NCBI RefSeq assembly: GCF_018350175.1
Contig: NC_058368.1
Coordinates: 101,062,001-101,126,000 of the forward strand
Source: Felis catus
Lineage: Eukaryota
DNA: 64,000 nt
Direction: 5' to 3'
Shown: positions 1 through 12,699 of the stretch, in pieces
How the letters are laid out: each line of letters begins with the position of its first letter
Numbering within the stretch: the first letter of the stretch is position 1
Program-made: the position numbers and the translations under genes
The notes under the pieces: model-generated
Told to the model about the DNA's origin: nothing
Database searches by the model: none
What the model saw: the letters and a program-made list of their open reading frames with translations, nothing else

Positions 1-30
1 AGTTTTAATGGTTTAAAAAGACGGACAGTT

Positions 31-263
31 GGGGCGCCTGGGTGACACAGTCAGTTAAGCGTCCGACTTCAGCCAGGTCACGATCTCGCGGTCCGTGGGT
101 TCGAGCCCCGCATTGGGCTCTGGGCTGATGGCTCAGAGCCTGGAGCCTGTTTCCGATTCTGTGTCTCCCTCTCTCTCTGCCCCTCCCCCGTTCATGCTCT
201 GTCTCTCTCTGTCCCAAATAAATAAATAAACGTTGAAAAAAAAAATTAAAAAAAAAAAAAAAA
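31..263 (+). mobile_element. Felid Can-SINE (SINEC_Fc type)
   Basis: GGGGCGCCTGGGTG head, CAGCCAGGTCACGATCTCGCGGTCCG diagnostic segment, CT tract, poly-A. Confidence 0.93.
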
Positions 264-623
264 GACGAACCGAACTGTTATATTGACTTCAACTTGTGTT
301 ATATTAACAAAAACGTTAAGCTCTTTAGGGAAATGTATCAACTTACTGTCTTATGTTAGTAGGCAATCTTTCTCAGAACATGCATGTCTCAGATTAATTA
401 AAAATGAACTATTCATATATGTAACTTAGTGTACAAACACTCAAAATTTAAGAAGTGTCCTTGGTTTCTTAGAACTATGTTGGATCTTTGGTTATATAGG
501 ATGACCCGTGTTTGGGGCCTGGCTCTCAGCTCTGTAATTACAACGGGCTTACAGAATTTGGAGGACTGGGTGTTCACCGCTGGACATTTTGAGTGTGTTT
601 AGCAATGAAACTAAACCAGTTTT

Positions 624-748
624 GGGGTGTCTGGGTCGTTCAGTCGGTTGAGCGTTGGACTCTTGATTTCAGATCAGGTCATGATCCCAGGGTTGTGGGA
701 CTGAGCCCCGGGTCCCGGGCTCTGTGCTGGGCTTGGAGCCTGCTTGGG

Positions 749-784
<36 letters not shown>

Positions 785-848
785 CCTTCCCTCTCCTCAA
801 AAAAAAAAAAAAAAACAACAAAAAAACAACAACAAAAAAACAACCCAA
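624..848 (+). mobile_element. Can-SINE (older subfamily)
   Basis: tRNA-derived head, (CT)n, A-rich tail; CAGTTTT on both flanks. Confidence 0.9.
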
Positions 849-1419
849 CAGTTTTACAACGATAAGAACACATGTTCCAACTAGACTAAGCGAGTATAAT
901 TTTGCCTGAAAGTCATCACAACTACACACATCTAGTTCCTGTTAGAGGATTTTCTTGCACATTACTAAATAGTGGATAATGACTCATTTTACCACATGCT
1001 TTTATTATTAGATGGCCAGAATCTCACAGTGGCATGAAATGACTGTGGCCTTCTAAAGAAAAATAGAGTTATATTTAAATAGTCCAGATTATTTGTGAAA
1101 TCCTGTAAAACCCTCAGCTCACTTGCATTTTACTCTTTAAAATGTTTCAAGACATGATCAGCTAGAATACTTTGGGGAGATAGGGTAGAGATATAAAATC
1201 AAAGAAGAGTAACTATTTACCAGCCTCCTGAATACACTATAAAAACCCTAATGATTTCATGAGACTTCATCTGTTTATTTGTTTATTACCAAATTCCTCT
1301 GGGACTGTTTGTGGCATTAAAAAAAAAGCAGAAGGGAGAGGAAGAGAGAGATCTTTTGGTGTGTTGGTACTATTTCTTAATTTCTTTAATATGTAGAGAT
1401 TTTTATGTTACTGTATATA

Positions 1420-1659
1420 TTAATTAATATATATTTAATATATATCATATATATATTTAATGTTTATTTATTTTGGAGAAAGAGAGAGAGAGACAGAGTG
1501 CAAGCTGGGGATGGGAAGAGAAGGAGACAGAATTCGAAGAAGGCTCCAGGCTCTGAGCTGTCAGCACAGAGCCCAATGCAGGGCTTGAACCCACGAACAG
1601 TGAGATTGTGACCTGAGCCAAAGTCAGATGCTTAACCAACTGAGCCACCCAGGTGCCTC
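1420..1659 (-). mobile_element. Can-SINE
   Basis: Reverse SINE ending CCACCCAGGTGCC; tail decayed to TA-rich; diverged TSD TGTTA(c/t)T(g/t)TATAT. Confidence 0.9.
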
Positions 1660-2207
1660 TGTTATTTTATATTTTTAACTCAAATTTCCCATGATCGTGA
1701 TTTGAGTTAGACTGAAACCAGATTGAAATTGGGAGGGAGGACCTTATGTTTACTAACAGAGCCTCTAAACATTAAGTCCTTGCCACCATGAGATTAATCC
1801 TATTTATGCTTTCTTAAACCACAGATGTTTTTACTGTCCCTGCCCATATTTTTATCACTACTCTGTTGAAAATATTGTGAGAACCTACTCCAGGGAAGAC
1901 TGATATACCACAAGGAACCATGTGTTTGTGCCTTTTGGGCATGTAAAATGACTCACATTTCCGTCACCTGTCCATCAAAGAATTTGTGTCATGTGTTCCT
2001 CCCTGAGGGTCAATTCCATAATGAGGCTTGATAGCCTGGAATAAATTTTGAAGATGTTGCTTACTTTTTTGGATAAGGATTGTCTATTTTAATCCTTTGC
2101 TCATAATATATAAATTAATTAAAAATAGAATGTTGCAAGTACATTTATCATAACTCGGATCTTGCAAAAGTATGAAAGGAAGCTCTTGATGTTCTTATCA
2201 AGTATCT

Positions 2208-2433
2208 ATTTTTTTTAAAATATCTTTTAACGTTTTTATTTATTTTTGAGAGACAGAGAGACAGAACTTGAGCAGGGGAGGGGCAGAGAGAGAGGGAGAC
2301 ACAGAATCCGAAGCAGGTTCCAGGCTCTGTTCTGACAGCTCAGAGCCCGATGTGAGGCTCGAACTCATGAACCCCAAGATCATGACCTGAGCTGAAGTCA
2401 GACGCTTAACCGACTGAGTCACCCATGTGCCCC
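2208..2433 (-). mobile_element. Can-SINE
   Basis: Poly-T, GA tract and reverse SINE body. Confidence 0.9.
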
Positions 2434-2480
2434 TGGAATGTATATTTTAATGACTAATACCTGAATAATCGTATCTAGTA

Positions 2481-3105
2481 TAGTAAAATCTTGGTTTGAG
2501 AACATAATTCATTTCAGAAACATGCTTGTAATCCAAAGCAGTTGTATATCAAAGGAAATTTCCCCATAAGAAATAATGAAAACTCAGATGATTCATTCCA
2601 CAACCCAAAAATATTCATAAAAAATGATTATAATACTGTAATATAATACAAAATAATAAAGAAAATATAAAGAAAAAGAAACAAATTAACCTGCGCTTAC
2701 CTTTGCAAACTTCTGTGGCTGGTGTGAGGGAGACAAGAGAGGAGGGTGATTGTGTAGGACAACTTTCACTATCACTAATGGAATCACTGCTGTATGTTGG
2801 CTCAGTGGAATCTTTTTGTTTTCGTGCAATTTTTTTTTTAACAAGGAACCTATCCAATGACATTTGCTTTTGCCTACTTCTGAGGATTTTGTGGAAATGT
2901 GACATTGCAGTGATGATCACCCCCAATCCCACAGCGAGAGAGAGAGAGAAGAACCATGGGCTCAGTTGTGATCATGTGACATTTGATCCGGTACTGCTTG
3001 TTTTGCAAGACATTACTTGTTTATCAAGTTAAAATTTATTAGAAATGTTTGCTCATCTTGGGGAACACTCGCAGAACAAGTTACTCACAATAGAAGGTTT
3101 TGCTG
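2481..3105 (-). mobile_element. Tigger/pogo-like DNA transposon, internally deleted, with transposase C-terminal remnant
   Basis: TA on both flanks (2479-2480, 3106-3107). Imperfect terminal inverted repeats (tagtaaaatcttgg.../...aaggttttgctg). Minus-strand peptide AMSHFHKILRSRQKQMSLDRFLVK resembles Tigger transposase C-termini. Confidence 0.75.
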
Positions 3106-3139
3106 TATCTTATAAAACTGTGACATGACAGTCATATGT

Positions 3140-3320
3140 CCTAAACAATATCTCGTTTTGTTCTTACAATAGCCCTATGATGTGGATGGTGCAAACATTA
3201 TCAGTCTCACTTTACAGATGAGGAAACTGAAGCCCAGAGAGACTTTAATTTACATTCCTCTAGTAAAATGGCCAACAAGTAATAGATCAGGATTCAGTCT
3301 CTGGTCCTCTTACTCCTGGT
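3140..3320 (-). mobile_element. MIR
   Basis: Core TTTACAGATGAGGAAACTGAAGCCCAGAGA. Confidence 0.8.
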
Positions 3321-3360
3321 TCTGTATTTCATTTTCCTCTTTTAAAAAAAAATGAGATGA

Positions 3361-3585
3361 GGGATGCCTGGGTGGCTCAGTTGGTAAAGCGATGATTCTC
3401 GATTTTGGTTCAGGTCGTGATCTCTCGGTTCATGGGCTTGAGCCCCATGTTGGGCTCTGCACTGACAGCATGGAGCCTGCTTGGGATTCTCTCTGTCTCT
3501 CTGTCTCTCTCTCTCTCTGCCCCTCCCCAACTTGTGCATATTTCGCTCTCTCTCTCTCAAAATAAACAAATAAACGTTTTTTAAA
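3361..3585 (+). mobile_element. Can-SINE inserted at the end of an L1
   Basis: Typical head, CT tract and tail; TSD-like aaaatgagatga/aaaacgaggtga. Confidence 0.9.
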
Positions 3586-4315
3586 AACGAGGTGAAATTC
3601 ACATAGGATGAAATTAACACTTTTAAAATGTACAATTCAGTAGCATTTAATACATTCACAATATTATTCAATCAGTTACCCCTATCTAGTTTCAAAACAT
3701 TTTCATTGCCCCCAAAGAAAACTCTCTACCCATTAAGCGGCCACTCTCAGCCTCTTGCATCCACCAATCTGCCTTCTGGCTCCATGGGTTTACCTCTCCT
3801 GGATGTTTCATATAAACTAAATCATACAGTACATGACCTTTGGTGCCTGTCTTTTGGTTAGCATACTGTTTTTGAGGTTCATTCACATTGTAGCATGAAT
3901 CATTCCTTCTCATGGGTGAGTAGTATTCCATTGTACGCTGATACCATGATTTCTTTATTCATTGAGGGATGTTTGGGTTGTTTCCACTTTTTAGTTTTTG
4001 TCAGCAGTGCTGTAAGAATTTGTGGACCTTTGTTCAAATAATGTTCATTGTTGCTCATGGATACTTGGATTGTTTCCACTTTTTGAACATTATGAATAAT
4101 GCTATGAGCATTCATGTATAGATTTTTGTGTGGGCATATGTTTTCAATTCACCGTGTGTATACCTAGGAGTAGAAAGGCTGGGTCATGTGGTCATGGTAC
4201 GTTTAACTTTTTGAGGGGCTGCCAAACTGTATTCCGCAGTGGCTGTACCATTTTACATTTCCAGAAGAAATGTATGATGGTTCTAATTTACCCACGTTCT
4301 CGCTGATGCTTTATC

Positions 4316-4360
<45 letters not shown>

Positions 4361-4560
4361 AATTGTAGTCATCCTAGCAGGTGTGAAGCGGTATCTTGTA
4401 GTTTTGGCTTACATTTTCCTAATGACTGATAATATTGAGCATCTTTCCATGTGCTCATTGGCCATTTGCATATCTTGTGCATATCTTTGCATATGTTGTG
4501 GGAAAATGTTTATTAAGTCCTTTGCCCACTTGTGAACTGGGTCATTTCTGTATTTGAAGA
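3586..4560 (-). mobile_element. Old L1 (L1M-type) 3' region, containing (TG)n at ~4319-4357
   Basis: Characteristic reverse L1M 3' end (aaaatgtacaattcagtagcatttaatacattcaca; agtagtattccattgta; ggctgtaccattttacatttcc). Confidence 0.85.
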
Positions 4561-5040
4561 AATTGTGATTTCTCCGCTAAAATTCTATATACCTTCTCCC
4601 TTGAAAATTTACCTGCCTGCTCCCTAAGTGTGTAATCATGTACAGAAAATGCAGTTACACATTCTCAAGATATTTTGTGCGCGTGTGTGTACGTGTTCGG
4701 GGGTCTTCTTCACTTGTGTGTAACATCTGAAGTTCTCCACAGGTGGAGCTCAGAGCCTAAGGCTTGAAGGCCGAGATCCTTCCTCGTCTCTTGGTTCTCA
4801 TTTGTGGTCGTTTGTTAGTCACCATAGTGCCGTCCTCAAAAACAGCCCTGATGAACCAGGGCTGAGCAGTATGGTGGGCGGCACATTTGGAGATGTGGGT
4901 TTCTATTTAAAGGGGACCAGAAAGAAGAGTTGCCTGGCTTGCTGTCGTGTGTCAGACAATAATACGACACCTGCTCTAGAGTGAGAGGTAAGGATAGGGG
5001 TGACAGCAGAAATGGCAGAGAAGAGAGAAAGCCACACTCT

Positions 5041-5252
5041 TTATTTTTTTTTTAAGTTTATTTATTTATTTTAAGAGAGAGCTCAAGTTGGGGAGGGGAA
5101 GGGGCAGAGAGAGTTGAACGGAGAATCCCAAGCAGGCTCTGCACTGTCAGCACAGAGCCCAGCGCTGGGCTCGAACCCACGAAACGTGAGATGGTGACCT
5201 CAGCGGAAATCAAGAGTCGGCTGTTTAACCGACTGAGCCACCCAGGCGCCCC
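5041..5252 (-). mobile_element. Can-SINE
   Basis: Reverse SINE; TSD ACACTCTTT. Confidence 0.9.
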
Positions 5253-6070
5253 CAGACACTCTTTTTAGCCGGCTGTCACAGCCGGCTGTTACCATGGCCA
5301 GACGGTTGCCTGACGGAGTCATAATCATTTTTATGCTGTTTGTATTTCGTGTAGCTGTTTCCTTCTGTCTTTTTTGATACTGAGTGCCACTCTCTGTGAA
5401 AGTGCCAGCCTGTCTTAGGTGTGCTGAGGGAAGCACGGGCGAAAGTTCTGTGCAGATTAGGGGCAATACTTTGAAGGGGAAGCGGGGTGCTTTCAGAGCC
5501 ACACGGACTGGTGGCCGCGGTAGAAATAAGGGTGAGAAGTCACCAGAGGGAGAGAGAGGCTGAAGAGCCAGCCTTCGGGCGGATTTCCTCTGGGACCCCT
5601 TCCTGACACGCCTCTGCCTTTATCCCTCGCGCAGAGCTATGTTGGTTTGCAAATGTGACTGGATAATACTTTGAGATATTAATTTACAGACTTCTGTCAC
5701 ATTCCCCCCTTCACCTCCCATCTTTTAATCAGATGGTTTGCTCTGGTCCATAACCTCAGGAAAAGGAGGTACCGGGCCAAAAAGCAGAAGCAACCTAGAA
5801 ATTACTTATGTCTGTGCTGCCATAGCCCACATCTTGGGGGGAGCTTAGAAGATTCTGGATCTGAACAAAATGCCCCGGAGGGGGTGCTTTCCTTTCACCT
5901 CCAAACTTGAAAAAAGGTTCTCCCGGGCTGAGGCGGGGATGGGGAGAGCTAAGGGGCGAGTGCATGGACACAAACGTGAAGAGGGGTTCCCAGAGCAGAG
6001 GGGGTTGTGCCCTGCTTTCCAGGAGCGCCTGGGAGGCAGCAAGGCCCCAGGGAGGAACGACTCTGTGAGG

Positions 6071-6525
6071 TGTGCTAGGCTGAGTCATGGCCCCTCCAGA
6101 ATTCCAGAATCTATGCATATGTGACCTTACACGGCAAAGGGGACCTTGCAAATAGCATTAAGTTAAGGAGCTCACGATGGGGGAAATCAGCCTGGAGTAC
6201 CCAGGTGGACACCGTGTAAGCACAAGGTCCTTGCCAGAGGCAGGCAGGCGAACAGGATCACCGGTGGTGTGGTGACATCACCCTGCTGGCTTGGAAGATG
6301 GAGGAAAACGCCGGGCGCCCCAGCACCCGGGTGCCCTCTCCCCAGCCCCCCAGGAAGGTGGCAAAAGCAAACGAGCAGATTCTCCCCTCGCACTTCCAGG
6401 AGGAGCCAGCTGGTCCTGACAGCTTGACTTTAGTTCCTGAGACCCATTTTGGCCTTCTGCCCTCCAGAACTGCAAGGTAATAATACATCTGTGGTGTTTG
6501 TGGTAATTTGTTACGGCAGCACTTG
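6071..6525 (+). mobile_element. MaLR LTR (MLT1-like)
   Basis: atgtgaccttacacggcaaagggg...gattctcccct...ccagaactgcaag...gtggtaatttgttacggcagca match MLT1 landmarks. Confidence 0.8.
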
Positions 6526-7206
6526 GGGCTCAGGTGGAGGCAGTGGGGGCAGGGATCCCAGGAGGCTGTGCGGTGAACCTCTCGTGCCCCAGGTGGCGCC
6601 CAGCAGGAGGCCGGCAGGAGAGCCCAAGGAACCACATGCAGGGGCAGGGGAAGCCCTCCGCACCCCCCATGACCCTGTTGGTTGGTGACCAAGGACCCAG
6701 TTGCCCGGTGGCACGGGAGTGTCCCAGAATTTCCCATCACAATCCAAGGGAAGGCGAGCTCCATCCAAGCAACATGAAATGCGGGTCACGCAGCCTAAAT
6801 GAGAACTCTAAATAAAGCAGGTGAGGATTCTTGCACACTGGGCATGGGGGTTGGGATTCCTACTCTCTACATAGAGTTTTCATTTCAACAGAGGGGACGA
6901 GGCAGCCATTGTGAGCCCTGTGCTTGCTATACGTGTGTGCTAGTTAGTTTTCACAACCCAGTGACATATACGTATCCCTCCTTACCAATCTCATTTGCTC
7001 CTGAAAATGTGCCAGATAGGGGATTTGCAGAACGAGAGAGACTATATTCTGTTATTTTAAATATAAAAAAAAATCATAGAGAACTCTAGGCTTACCCAGA
7101 AGTGCAATCAAGTTGCTCCAGACTTCACCAAACATCTCAGATGTCTATACAACCGTTCATCATGGATTTCTGCATCGTATAAAATGTTAAGAACACCAAT
7201 CATCTA

Positions 7207-7251
7207 ATTTTTATTATCATTTATTTATTTATTTATTTATTGAGAGAGAGA

Positions 7252-7283
<32 letters not shown>

Positions 7284-7875
7284 ATCCCGAGCAGGATCCT
7301 GTGGGGAAATAGGTTCTACTTACATAAATGGTTAGAAAAAAAAAAAGCTTAGGGTGGAAAACCACCACCATGGGGCAAAAACACCCAACGTGGGCTGGTG
7401 AGATACTGTAATGGGAACACGAGCAACTTGTTATATCACCTGCAGGAAATCACTTTCCATCTGACGCCAATATACTCTTCCACTCTGATCATAAATTCCA
7501 CTTGTCACCCAGGCCCTTTGCTTCTTGTACAAGTTAATGATTACTATCTGATTGCTTTCTCCATGTTCACATTGTAAGATCTTGTTTTCTTCACGTTCAC
7601 CATATGGGTAAGATCTTGAGCGCTCAGTAAATACAGAGAAGAAACCCCGCTTCAGGGCTCTTCTCTCTTCCTGGATACTAACCTTTCTGGTATTCAATTC
7701 TGCATCCACTCTCTTGCTGGAAAAGAGAGAACTTCAGACTCATAGTCTGCAACAGGCTCCACATGGTCAGCGCAGAACCCAATGTGGGGCTCGAACTCAC
7801 AAACCATGAAATCGTGACCTGAGCCGAAAACCAAGAGTGAGGCGCTTAACTGACTGAGCCGCCCAGGCACCCCCC
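7207..7875 (-). mobile_element. Can-SINE split by a solo LTR
   Basis: Tail and GA tract 7207-7299; the body resumes in register at 7755 and ends CCCAGGCACCCC. Confidence 0.88.
7300..7754 (+). mobile_element. Solo ERV LTR (455 bp)
   Basis: TG...CA termini, flanked by GGATCC/GGCTCC (6-bp TSD, one mismatch), interrupting a SINE. AGTAAA at ~7625 suggests + orientation. Confidence 0.85.
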
Positions 7876-7877
7876 AC

Positions 7878-8075
7878 TTTTTTTTTTAGAGAGAGATACA
7901 GTGCATGCATGCACATGAGCAGGGGCGAGGGGCAGACGGGGAGAGAGAGAATCTCAAGCAGACTCTACACTTAGCATGGAGCCTTTTGCAAAGCTTGATC
8001 CTACGATCATGGGATCATGACCTGAGTTGAAATCAAGAGTTGGACGCTCACCGAACTGAGCCTCCCAGGCACGCC
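7878..8075 (-). mobile_element. Can-SINE (older subfamily)
   Basis: Reverse SINE with GGGATCATGACCTGAG. Confidence 0.88.
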
Positions 8076-9014
8076 AATCATCCAATTATTAAACACACTG
8101 GGTATTTTGTGTTCGATACACAATATTATACAGTCCTACATACCGACTATATTTTCCATCTGTAATGAAACGAACTGTAATGAAAATAATATGCATATAT
8201 GTGAAAGATACACAGTGAGGGCAAGTAACGCTAACTGCATCACTGTAGGGTGCATGCCTGAGATGATTGTGGTGCTCTGTGCAGAGTCCGGCCAAGGTCA
8301 GGCTCGCGTTGTAACTTTTTCTCTGCCACGTCCATGAGAATTCCTCAAAACCTGGGCGACCATAGAATTCATGACCGACAGTGGGCCAGTTTTTGTGAGT
8401 GCAAGGGGAGCTGTTGATAATCATGCTGGGACAACAGCAAAAACGGGAAGTATCTGGGGCCCAATGGCATATGTGTTCATTCCACTTAGAGCACCTCTGG
8501 ACTTTGGAGAATGGGTTTTGCCAGCTTCTTGGTAAACATTGGGAAAGTAAGAGTCCAGTACTGTCTTATTCCTGGTTTTCAGGCAGGAGAAACCAGGACT
8601 GAAAGAGAGAGCTTCCACTTGCCCAGGGTCACACAGTAATTTCTGCCACGGAGTGGAAATTCAGGCCATCTGTATGGTTCGGGCTGGTTTTTGTGAGTGG
8701 TTTCAAAGACTTTAAACTTGGACGTCTTTTCTGAGACTCCAGAGAGTTCGTTCCAGCCCCACAATAGGCGTGGGCAGGCCTGAGGCCGCGTCTCTTTCCC
8801 GCCCCTAACTTCCAACCTACAGTGCTGATTTTAAGGGGCCATCCTGAATGGCCCTTCATCTTGAGGGCTTGGGCCTGCTTCAGTGCAGCAGGGGAGATGG
8901 GACACGGTCGTTCCAGTGATGAAGAGCCATTGATCCATTCACTGAATCTTTGAAACGATATTTACTGCTGTTTTGATTGTAGCCATGATTCCTGTCAGGC
9001 CCCCTCAAGTCGCT

Positions 9015-9300
9015 TGCTGGGGCTGCCCTAACAAAACATTACAGGTCAGCTCGTTCAGAACAACAGAGTCATGTTCTCTCACAGTTCAGGGGCCAGAAAT
9101 CCTAAATCAAGGTGGTGGTCACTAGGGTCATGATCCCTTGAAAGGCTCTAGAAGAGAATCCTTCTCTGCCTGCTTCTGGTGGCTCCCGGTGTTCAGTGGC
9201 TTCAGGCAACGTAACTCCCTCTGTGCCTCCGTCTTTATATGGCTGTCTTCTCTGGGCGTCTATGTCTCCATGTGGCCTTCTTTTTTTTTTTTTTTTCCAT

Positions 9301-9335
<35 letters not shown>

Positions 9336-9722
9336 TTTTTTCAACGTTTATTTATTTTTGGGACAGAGAGAGACAGAGCATGAACGGGGGAGGGCCAGAG
9401 AGAGAGGGAGACACAGAACCGGAAACAGGCTCCAGGCTCCGAGCCCTCAGCCCAGAGCCCGACGCGGGGCTCGAACTCACGGACCGCGAGATCGTGCCCT
9501 GGCTGAAGTCGGACGCTTAACCGACTGCGCCACCCAGGCGCCCCTCCATGTGGCCTTCTTATGAGGCCATAGGTCATTGGATTTAGGACCCACCCTAATC
9601 CAATATGATCTTATTTTAAGTACTTGGATCTGCAAAGATCCTATTTCCAGATAAAATCACATTCTTAGGTTTCCAGTGGGCACTCACTTGGGAGAGCTGG
9701 GGTCAGTATTCAACCCAGCAGC
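9015..9722 (-). mobile_element. MaLR LTR (MLT1-like) interrupted by a SINE
   Basis: ttctctcacagttc...aaatcaaggtg...tcattggatttagg.cccaccctaatccaatatga...tattcaaccca. Confidence 0.82.
9283..9544 (-). mobile_element. Young felid SINEC_Fc
   Basis: CpGs retained; perfect 16-bp TSD TCCATGTGGCCTTCTT (9267-9282, 9545-9560). Confidence 0.95.
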
Positions 9723-9992
9723 ACCCCCTTTTACTTCTCACAAAGTCACCACCTCTGTGCTCTTGCCAAGGCATGATCAAGAGTTAAACATCCCTGGAAT
9801 ATCCACACGGAGAGAGTCCTAGGTGCCACAGTCTGGTGGCAAAAGATGGAGTGGGGGCAGGGCCAGGGGACTCGGGAGGAAATGATGTCGGCATGATTCT
9901 TTTAGTGAGATCGGAGAAAAATCCATTCCTTTACATGAATACGGTTTAGGGGGGGTCAGATTTTCTGGGATCCTTAAAGCTATCCAGTGCCT

Positions 9993-10348
9993 GGGCACCT
10001 CGCTGGCTCAGTTGGTAGAGTATGTAACTCTTGATCTCGGGGCTCTGAGTTCAAGTCCCACGTTGGGCTAGAGTTTACTTAACAAAAACAAACAGGGGTG
10101 CCTGAGTGGCTCATTCTGTTAAGCCAACTCTTGATTTTAACTCAGGTCATGATCTCACAGTTTTGTGAGTTCAAGCCCAGTGTTGGGCTCTGTGTTGACG
10201 TTGTGGAGCCTGCTTGGGATTTTCTCTCTCTCTACCCCTCCCCAACTTGTTCTCTCTCTCTCTCTCTTTCCCTTTCTCTCTTTCGCTCTTTCTCTTCCTC
10301 ACTCTCTCTAAAAATAAATGAAAAGCTTTAAACAAACAAACAAAAAAA
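9993..10348 (+). mobile_element. Two tandem Can-SINEs (short form 9993-10094, long form 10095-10348)
   Basis: Two tRNA-like heads; CTATCCAG flanks the pair. Confidence 0.88.
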
Positions 10349-10473
10349 TGACTATCCAGAGTCACTTCTTGCCGTCACCATTATTAGGAGAGCTCTTTAG
10401 AAACAAGAAATTCTTCTCCACCTTATTTATAAAATATCAATCTTAAAAAAATTTATTTAAAAAAATAAACCTT

Positions 10474-10700
10474 GGGGCACCTGGGTGGCTCAGTCGGTTG
10501 AGCGTCCGACTTCGGCTCAGGTCACGATCTCACAGTTCGTGAGTTCGAGCCCCGCGTCGGACCTCTGTGCTGACAGCTCAGAACCTGGAGCCTGCTTCAC
10601 ATTCTGTGTCTCCCTCTCTCTCTGCCCCTTCCCTGCTCAGGCTGTGTCTCTCTCTGTCTCAAAAAATAAAACAAACATTTAAAAAATAAAAAAATAAAAA
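10474..10700 (+). mobile_element. Can-SINE
   Basis: Full head, CT tract and tail; AAACCTT on both flanks. Confidence 0.92.
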
Positions 10701-11039
10701 ACCTTTACCCAGATGGGGTAAGTTGAATAGATATTACTTGAATGATTCGATATTTAGAGTTAAGGAATTTGAAAGAAAAAAAAAAAAAAACTTTCTGTGT
10801 TTTCCTCTCATCTTGTTTATGTCCGGTCCTGAACTGTAGAGTCTTGTCTTTTACCATTTCCTTCCCATTTCTTTTTTTTTTTTTTTTTTGATTTCACATT
10901 TTCTTAAATGTGGCGTATTCTTGTCACATCTAACTATCACTGCATCATGGGCCACATACCTTGCATATCACTTAGTTTTCCTGATTTGCTTCAATGCCTC
11001 TGAAGGAATGTGCCAGACGCCTTGGGGCAGTGTCCCCTC

Positions 11040-11160
11040 GGCGGTTACTAGACTGTGCACATCTTGGGAACACAGAACACCCCTTTTTATCTTGGCGTCG
11101 CCTGTCATTTACAACATGCCTGGGACGGGGATGGTGCTCAACTACATGCTTGCTGAATGA
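11040..11160 (+). mobile_element. L2 3' end fragment
   Basis: tgcctgg...ggtgctcaactacatgcttgctgaatga resembles the L2 terminus. Confidence 0.55.
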
Positions 11161-12156
11161 GGGACCACATGTGCGAAAGAGACAAATTTTAACCTCCTCT
11201 GCTCATTGGAAGTGCTGACCTACTACACAAGTTTTCTCTCTTCTCTCTCGGCTGCCCTGTCGCATTACGTACTTGTTCCCGTTACTGCCGATAGCAGCCT
11301 CTGTGGCTATCTCTGCTCATATGTTAGCACACGTTCTGACCCTCCAACTAATAGCTGTTGTTGCTCTGGGGACCTTGTAACAAAGACAGTGTGAGCTGCG
11401 AGTCAATGGTGAGCTGAATCTTCTAGATCCCAGGTACATGTTCAGATGTCAGGCACCTCAAAAGCACGTCGAGAAGATGTCCGGACCCACGTCTGATGAG
11501 ATGACTACTCACATGCCATGCAGGATAGGCACCCTGCCCTATTGTCTTGTAAAACTGCCCGGTTTTCACAGGAAGAAATGGCCTAATGAAACTCATGCTC
11601 CATGAAGTGAGATTGTGGGTAATTCATGACCCAATCCTAGGACAAAATATGGATCATTAAAAGTGGCATGCTTCCATCTAAGCTTTCAACACTTACCACT
11701 TCAGAATTACAGATCCTAGCTTGTCACCATTTCCAAGCAAGCACACGTCAAGCGTTTCCAATTCTAGTTCCCTGGGGGAACTGTTCCCCGCAAAGCTCTC
11801 TCCTAACTTCATGAGGTGTCTGGAGAAGCACTGAGGATGATTCTCGTCTCTCAAATCGCTGTCACCTTCCCACCATTAATTTAGTTTTAATGGCGGAGGG
11901 GTATCCTGAACCGTATGCAACATATATCGCATTTTAATCCAAACAAAGAAATGGAGATAAAGACTTTCAGACCACAGAAAATCAAATGAGTTTTCCAACT
12001 TCCTCCTCCCATCACACTCGTGATAAGCAACATGATACCCTTAAAGTGGTGGGGGTCATGTTTGGTCTTTCTCTAGATTCCCTCTTTGATCCTGGGTAAC
12101 AGCCATTTGAAGAGACTTCACTAGGATTCAAACCCCAAGTGATGATGTGTCCTGTC

Positions 12157-12364
12157 TTTATTTTTTTAACTGTTTTAATGTTTTTTCTTGAGAGAGAGAG
12201 AGGGCAAGGGATGGGGCAGAGAGAGAGGGAGACAGAGTCCCAAGTGGGCTCTGTGCCATCAGCACAGAGCCTGGTGTGGGGCTCGAGCCCACGCACTGTG
12301 AGATCATGACCTGAGTCGAAACCAAGAGTCAGGTGCTTCACCGACTGAGCCACCCAGGCGCCCC
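12157..12364 (-). mobile_element. Can-SINE
   Basis: TSD TGAT(g/t)TGTCCTGTCTTT. Confidence 0.92.
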
Positions 12365-12699
12365 TGATTTGTCCTGTCTTTGCCACCATTTACCTCTGCA
12401 CCACAAAGTCTGTAGACAATTGGATTGCCGAGCCTTTGGGATACAGCTGATCACTTCACCTCACTGGACAAACTGTCCATTCAGTGTTGATCGTGTTTCA
12501 TGGCTACAAACGCAGTCACTTGTATTGGGCCACTCAAGGGCCTGCCTGTGGCCCTCCATACTGGGCAACCATTCTGTGACTACCCGGTGGCATGCCTCTG
12601 TTCCCACCTGGTGGAGGGCAGAGTGATCCCCAAGGCCAGAGTTGGTCACTGGAAACATAGCAAGGCATAACGGGAGATGAAGCACCTCATGACGTCGCG

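Noticed and set aside
31..120. tRNA-like A/B-box sequences
   Set aside because: They are tRNA-derived SINE heads followed by CT tract and poly-A, not tRNA genes.
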